A DNA stretch of 54,810 nucleotides, filler included, from Circinaria calcarea (taxonomy: Eukaryota), in assembly GCA_051942165.1 (NCBI GenBank). It is 3 parts of 3 records of this genome, joined end to end, with 100 filler letters (N's around TTAATTAATTAA, not from the genome) between each part and the next. Parts side by side here need not be neighbours in the genome. Positions count along the whole stretch, not along the records: positions 36,697 to 54,810 come from JAVECS010000242.1; 2 more parts are not named here. The stretch is one strand, 5' to 3'. The translations under genes were made by a program, and so were the position numbers. Below, piece after piece: positions 48,960 to 54,810 of this stretch (position 1 is its first letter; the number at the start of each line of letters is the position of its first letter). The notes beneath the pieces are model-generated. The model searched no databases, was not told the DNA's origin, and saw only the letters and a program-made list of their open reading frames with translations.

Positions 48960-49387
48960 CTAAACTCCCCCGCCTATCATGAAAATATTAGCTTCCACGC
49001 TTGATACCGTCTTTGTCCTCCGTCCAGCGTGATCCATCAATGCACCCAATCCACCTCGCCCTTACTCCTCCCCTCCATTTTCTTACGTTCTCTTGTGGGG
49101 CTGGGAGCCAACTGACCACTCCTATGCGTGCTCACCGCGTAACCGGCACTATCCCCTCCCGTGTTGCTCACCTCGTCCGCGGAAGACGGCTTGGATGCGG
49201 TGGTGGACCGCCGCTTCTCTTGCAGGGTGCGGGCCTTGAGGGCGAGGTAGAAGCCGGCGGTGGTGAGGACTGCGAAGGCGGGGAGGGCACGGCGGCTGGA
49301 GAGAAGGTTAGTCGGCTGAGGGCACCCTTGTATGGGTCGCGGCGCAGAGAGATATCGGAAACAAAGAATGGCAACTAAGCTGGTCAT
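48960..49387 (-). CDS. Small single-TM fungal protein ending RSGGGV; intron 48974-49116; 5' structure uncertain
   Basis: ALPAFAVLTTAGFYLALKARTL...YAVSTHRS. A GTCAGT..GCTAAT..TAG intron yields the last exon GGGV*. Confidence 0.62.
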
Positions 49388-50685
49388 CAAGGTACAGCCG
49401 GTGATTTTTTTTTAATCTCAGATGTTGCAGGTGTTCTATTATCCATTTGTATACTTTTCTCGCTGTACTTTTGCGTTGAATCTTGTACTCACGGGTACTT
49501 TGGGTGGTGAGGAGGAGGGATAAAAGAAGGTGAGGGGAAGACGGATGGCTTACGCGAATGAGCCTGAGGAGGACATTAGATCAGTCAGATATGCTAAGGC
49601 CTTGCTGGCGTCTTCACTGGTGGTGCATTGGATTTGGAAGACTCGCAAAGACCGTCCTTGGGTTGCTCTCTTGAGACTCTCCACCCTGAATGGAAGATAC
49701 TTCGAAGGATGGATTGAATGAAGCACACGACAATCTTAGGGTTGGTACCGGGCCTGCGGAGGAAGCCCATCGCCGTTCGCCTATCCGACCCATGACGTCT
49801 TTGAAGGAAGAACACCCCTGGAAGGCATTGCGGGAGCCCATGCGTCTCGCGTGGAAAGATGAGGCTGGCCCTTCGGTTGATTCCAGTGGAATTTCCAACG
49901 CGCAAACGTCCATTAGAGTCACCATCCATCACCCTCCCTCCACAACTCTATCGCGGACACTCACATCATCCTCCAACAGATCCTGGGCTGACGGCTTCGT
50001 TCTTTTCGTCTACAGTGACGCTCATCGACACTAGTCGGGGCTTGTCGAGTCCAGTGTAGGTCGAACTGAACGCGCTGTGATAAATAGCCACAGGCCAAAT
50101 CAGGCTCGAACACCTGAAGATTTCATTGGACAAATCAATCAACAACAGACACGAAAGACACTGGAAGAGGCTTGATAGTAGGGGCCCTGGCCTATTGACT
50201 TCAGTCCTCACACAACCCTCCTTAGTCTTGTGCAACGCACCAGCGAGGCTGACAAGTGCGGGACAAATTATCCCAAGCGGTGAGGCTGCAGGCGCTCCTA
50301 AGGGAAAGCGTACAGTTACTCGACATCAGGCATCTGCTTTCGTCCGTTGTTCTCCTTCGCATCCACCAAGACAAGACCTGCTTACAGACAAGGGCTTGAC
50401 TCACCTTCGAGAACCTCACGGCTCTTCTTTTACTTTGTCTGTGCCTTCTTTCTTTACTTTGAGCAGCAGCAGCCCTGCTCGGAGCGCAAGGCACCCAATC
50501 CTCTGTCACCACCCGTCCAGCCTCGTTTGTTGGCCCCGTCGGGTTTGTCCTGGCAACTCAGGCTGACACCTGGCTATCTGCATTGCCCAGGTCTCCCGTT
50601 GGGTATTGTCTCTTTCTATACTTGGGATCTACCTCTGGTCGTGAAGGTGTGATTTACTTATTTATCCAAAGCAGATCTTAGCACA

Positions 50686-53600
50686 ATGTCGTCTGGCTGG
50701 CCAAGTAGATATCCGCGGAACCCTTTTCTTCCAGAAGGTAGCCCTTCCTTACAGAGTCGCGATATGCAACCCGCGATTGGCGTCTCCATGGTCGTCGAAG
50801 CTCGAAATGAAGCTAACGTTGATGAAGAAATCGTTGCTGGACAAGCAGATATCGATAAGCTGAGCGAAGATCTCGATCAAGAAGATCGTGATCTGCAAAT
50901 GGCAATCTGTGCGTCGTTGGATGATGAGCCATTGCCGTCAAGCTTGCCGTCAAGCAGCAAGACATCCGGTTTTATAACGAAGTCGGAGTCTTTGAAGCGA
51001 GAGGAATCGGCCGAGCAGGCGGATGATGAATCCCCTAAATCCAAGCGAGCCAAATGTTCTCCTTTTAAAGAAGTCAACATGGAGACCGTTATGAAAAATG
51101 CGGAGAAGCTCTTTGCCACCGAACTTCCGGTCCTTCGGGTTCCTGATGGCGATACTTATATTTACATTGACCCCCCGCCTCGAATGCCCGAGCAGGATGG
51201 CATGACATACCAGTGGATCCGTGATCGATACCGTACACCGCTTTGTATGAAAAAGGAGACACTGGCGAAATTGAATTCCCCATTCCTAAACAAGCTGTTT
51301 GGACCGACTTCGCAGTATCGAGTAATTCGCCGGCGTGGCCTCGTGAATCGACTCCCTCCCGAGATTAAATACGTCCTTGATCTAACACCGCCAAATGAAG
51401 GAGATGAAGCAATGATTCTGGTATCTGAGTTGTCTTGCTCCGAAGGCATCAGGAACTGGGTACGTGCAACTAAACGCTGGAATATTTCCAAAAACCTAGT
51501 GGGTGGCTATGATGACTATGTCGCTCAGCTCCAAGATCCATGGTCATACAGCCTAGGTAACCAAGATGCCACCGCCTCTACTGAAGACACCCTGTCGCCT
51601 ACCACCGAGACCGCAGATGGGAGTGAGTCGAAAGAGGGCAAGGCCGCTGCTTCTCCATCAACTCCGAACCTCGCAAAGCAAACGGTTACCAAGAAGGAAG
51701 AGGAACTTCCGGTTCACCTGGAATATACCGCCGTCAGACATCGTTCGGCGATTGAGCGAGTATTACTCGCGGTTGCAGGTCAAGATCCGAAACTAGATAC
51801 AGCCCCAAAGGTTTGGACTACCGCTGCCATTGCCAAATACTTTGAAATCAAGCATGAGTCTATCTCCGACTATGTCGTCCGCTGGCTTTATGCGGCGCCT
51901 AACACATGTTTCCTTGAGGTAATGCCAGAGATCGCGTTGAAGATGGCCGATGGTCTAAAGATCCCGAGTCTTTGTCAAGATGCTTATGCTCTCCTCGTTG
52001 GCGAAGAGGCACTAGCAGCTGCCTGCCAGGGTCACGTCATTTCCGGCTTTGATCAGAATCATACAGTCCATGGGCGCAAGAAATCCGAAGTGCCGGACAA
52101 ATACCAGACATACATCGAATATGCTAGCAAGGCGTTTCGTAGCCGTATCACCGGTGAATTCGAGGCACTCGTCTCTGGTGACTGGTTTGAGCGTTTGGAT
52201 GAGTATACCAAGCTCTTACGGTACGAATCCAGATCCGTGGCTTACGATTCTGCATTGGGCCAATTGAAGGATCTACTCAAGGCGTTTGTCCGGGGAGCTA
52301 TCTATTATCTCCTTTGCTCAAACTACGAGAACATGTGTGGACCATTTGACGACAGTAGCGGCGCCGATGATCTATTCCCGACCATCAAGTTTCGACAAAC
52401 GTGGCGTCTTCTGCATCCACAAGAGCGCATTCTTACTAGGTCGTTTTGGGGGTGCTTGGGCATGGTGCGACTTCAAGATTCGTTTTCGAATCTTACCGTT
52501 ACTTCGACGACTTATCAGTATACACCCTCACAGTCCTGGAATCCTGAAGGTCAAGATCTATTGAATGCAAAGGTGTTTGAACTTATTAGAGCATCTGATG
52601 TTAATCGAAAAGCTACCGAATGCTATCAGCTATTTACTTTTCGCTCATCCGATCCTGACTTTTACCCAAACACATTCAGTTCACCTACCACGGAAGCCCC
52701 GAGTGCAAAGATAGTGAATGATATTTTGGAAACAACCCACACAGTGAGCAGTAACGCTGACCAAGAATCCGCAACCGACTCTCAGCAAGACACGTTGATC
52801 GCTCCTGACGGGATTACCGGTGCCGTTACTACTCCATCCGGTCACTCGGTCGAACCACGTCAGTACCAGCATGGAGTCCCGATGTCTCTACCAATTCGAA
52901 GTGTTGTTCCGTCCTCTGCAAATGATTCCAAAAACGTTGTTACAGACATGAATATGCCAAATCAAGGGCAGTCTCCGAACAGCATTAATCAAGGCATAGC
53001 TGCCAATATTTTCTCTAGCACGTTGCCATTCCGAGACAGTAAAAGCAAAGACAACTCGTCCAAAGACCTGGAAGTCGACACATCGGAAAAGGCCGGGACT
53101 GAAGCGTCCAATCGCCGTGCAGAAGCGAGTGTCATGAAATGGGAACTCCGGGACCATCAAGATGAATGGTATAACCGTTGTATGTACCTATATCCATTAT
53201 ATAAATGGTAAAAGGGTGTTGGGACTAACACGTTATGAAGCCAAATCAAGTTACGGGATAAAAGATGAGGCTATTTCGCCAAAAGACAATATCTCTTCCC
53301 AAGGACAGAACAACACGGAGGCATCTCAAGCTAAACAGGATGGTTGGTGGTACAAGACTCGTAGGTGCATCCTTCGAATGGTAAAAAGTCTTATACTGAC
53401 CTGCCACCTAGCCGAATTTTTATCCCAGTACTCCCCTCCGGTAAGCAATGTTTCAGCTGCAACAAAGTCTAGCCACCGCCAATTCTACCTCCACTGACCG
53501 TTCTTCATTATTACAGGATTATACGCCACCACCTGACGTTAAAGTAACCGGACATGCAGCAACATACGAGTTTTTTAGTTTCCAGGAATTCCTCAAACAA

Positions 53601-54326
53601 GCCGAAAAGTATATTCATGCTGTGTCTGAAAGCATTCTCAGTAACCCACATTCCTCATCTCAAGATCCTCTCGATCTACGTCTTACGAATACTCTTGTCT
53701 GCCTGACCGACGCGGAGTGGAAATACCTTCCTTTATGGGCTGGCGGTAACGATGATGACAGTGGTGGTGTATTTGATGACGAGGTGCCGTTGGCAGAGAT
53801 GGGATTTTCAACCGCAGGACCGAAAGTGCATACCGGTGTCGGAAGCAGTGCGGCATCCAGTGAATTTGAGACGCTCGGTGGTTCGAAAACCAGCGGAAGC
53901 TATCATACCTCTACTGTTGTCAACGACGGTTACTCGGATGGTCTCGATCGTCGTCGTGTTTATGATGCTGACTCTATGTGGGGTGATGTGATGGCAGATA
54001 AAAACATCAAGAGCGATGGTACTTCTTTCAATCAGGATACCCCCATGGATACAGATGATGGATCTTCGTGGGTAGGAATCATGACGCCTACTTCTGCGGA
54101 CGAATTCGACGAACTCGAACGAGCCTCGGACAAGGGAAAAGGGAAGATGTCATTTGATGATGATGATGAAAACCTTGATGAAAACCTCGATGACATCTTT
54201 ACCGGGGAAGAAGAAAATGATTCCGACTTTGACGACGGGGAGGAGGTGGAAATGGACGATTTTGAAGGTGAAGATGAGCAAGGAATGGATGACGGTTCGA
54301 ATCATGTCCCTAATACCAAGTCTTAG
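50686..54326 (+). CDS. Large fungal hypothetical protein; predicted introns 53180-53240, 53343-53411, 53441-53516
   Basis: An 841-codon ORF is joined in frame to the 53448-54326 ORF by three GT-AG introns with CTAAC/CTGAC branch sites. UIM-like DLQMAICASL near the N-terminus; YLPLWAGGNDDDSGGVF and an acidic tail at the C-terminus. Confidence 0.8.
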
Positions 54327-54810
54327 ACGGTTCTGGAAAAATAGCTTGGCCTTGAAACTACTAATACTCCCCTGGATACGATACGTTACGGGTATGAAGA
54401 CATGATGGAAGCTGGCTACATTTGCTGCAAAATGCTCCATAAAAGCTTTTTTTCCCCGAATCTCGGTGTCAGCGAGTAGAGGACGCTGCATAGCTAGGAG
54501 TTGTTACTCAGTTGCTTTTTGCAATAATAAAACAAGATGCTAGAATTTTTTTTATTTCTTTTCTCTTTTCTCTTTTCATGCCCCCTTTCCCTAATTGCGA
54601 AATCATTTGATTCCAATCTTTGCCCATCCAAACCTTCATCCTTCAATCCCTAGATATTCCGGTTCACTCAATTCAAACCTTGGAACAACCCCGCCCCCCC
54701 CCCCAACTAAAGCAAAGGCCTCCAAACAGTGCACTTCTAAGCCCCCTGGTACTATCAATACAGTGCAGTGGCCAGTGATAGAGGCTCTCTGTAACTGCAA
54801 CTGCAACTGC

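Noticed and set aside
36697..54810. Many short overlapping or antisense ORFs in the track
   Set aside because: They are shadow frames of long genes at moderate GC content, with no independent support.

Overview
This window is not one locus. It is three fungal (Pezizomycotina-like ascomycete) contigs of about 18.3, 18.2 and 18.1 kb, joined by artificial N-TTAATTAATTAA-N linkers at 18311-18410 and 36597-36696. Contig 1 (1-18310) is mitochondrial and must be read with TGA=Trp, so the supplied ORF track fragments its genes. Its ends share an exact 141-bp repeat, so it assembles as an 18,169-bp loop. It carries decayed linear-plasmid RNA and DNA polymerase genes, nad2, nad3, nad4L and the 5' part of nad5 with two group I introns. 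The main surprises are all here: nad3 reads without a stop into a 1552-codon ORF; across the loop junction nad5 fuses in frame to the plasmid RNA polymerase; the nad3-nad4L spacer encodes a transmembrane protein with a Cys-rich zinc-finger-like domain; and a probable atp9 vestige lies before nad4L. Contig 2 (18411-36596) is a nuclear transposon nest (MULE fragment, LINE split by a solo LTR, RIP-like mutated copia element) plus a Cys-rich membrane protein gene and a TPR gene. Contig 3 (36697-54810) is ordinary nuclear DNA: a URA2/pyrABCN gene, a Yvc1-like channel gene with a predicted 4-nt micro-exon, and two hypothetical genes. All calls come from manual reading and motif recognition; no database searches were run.
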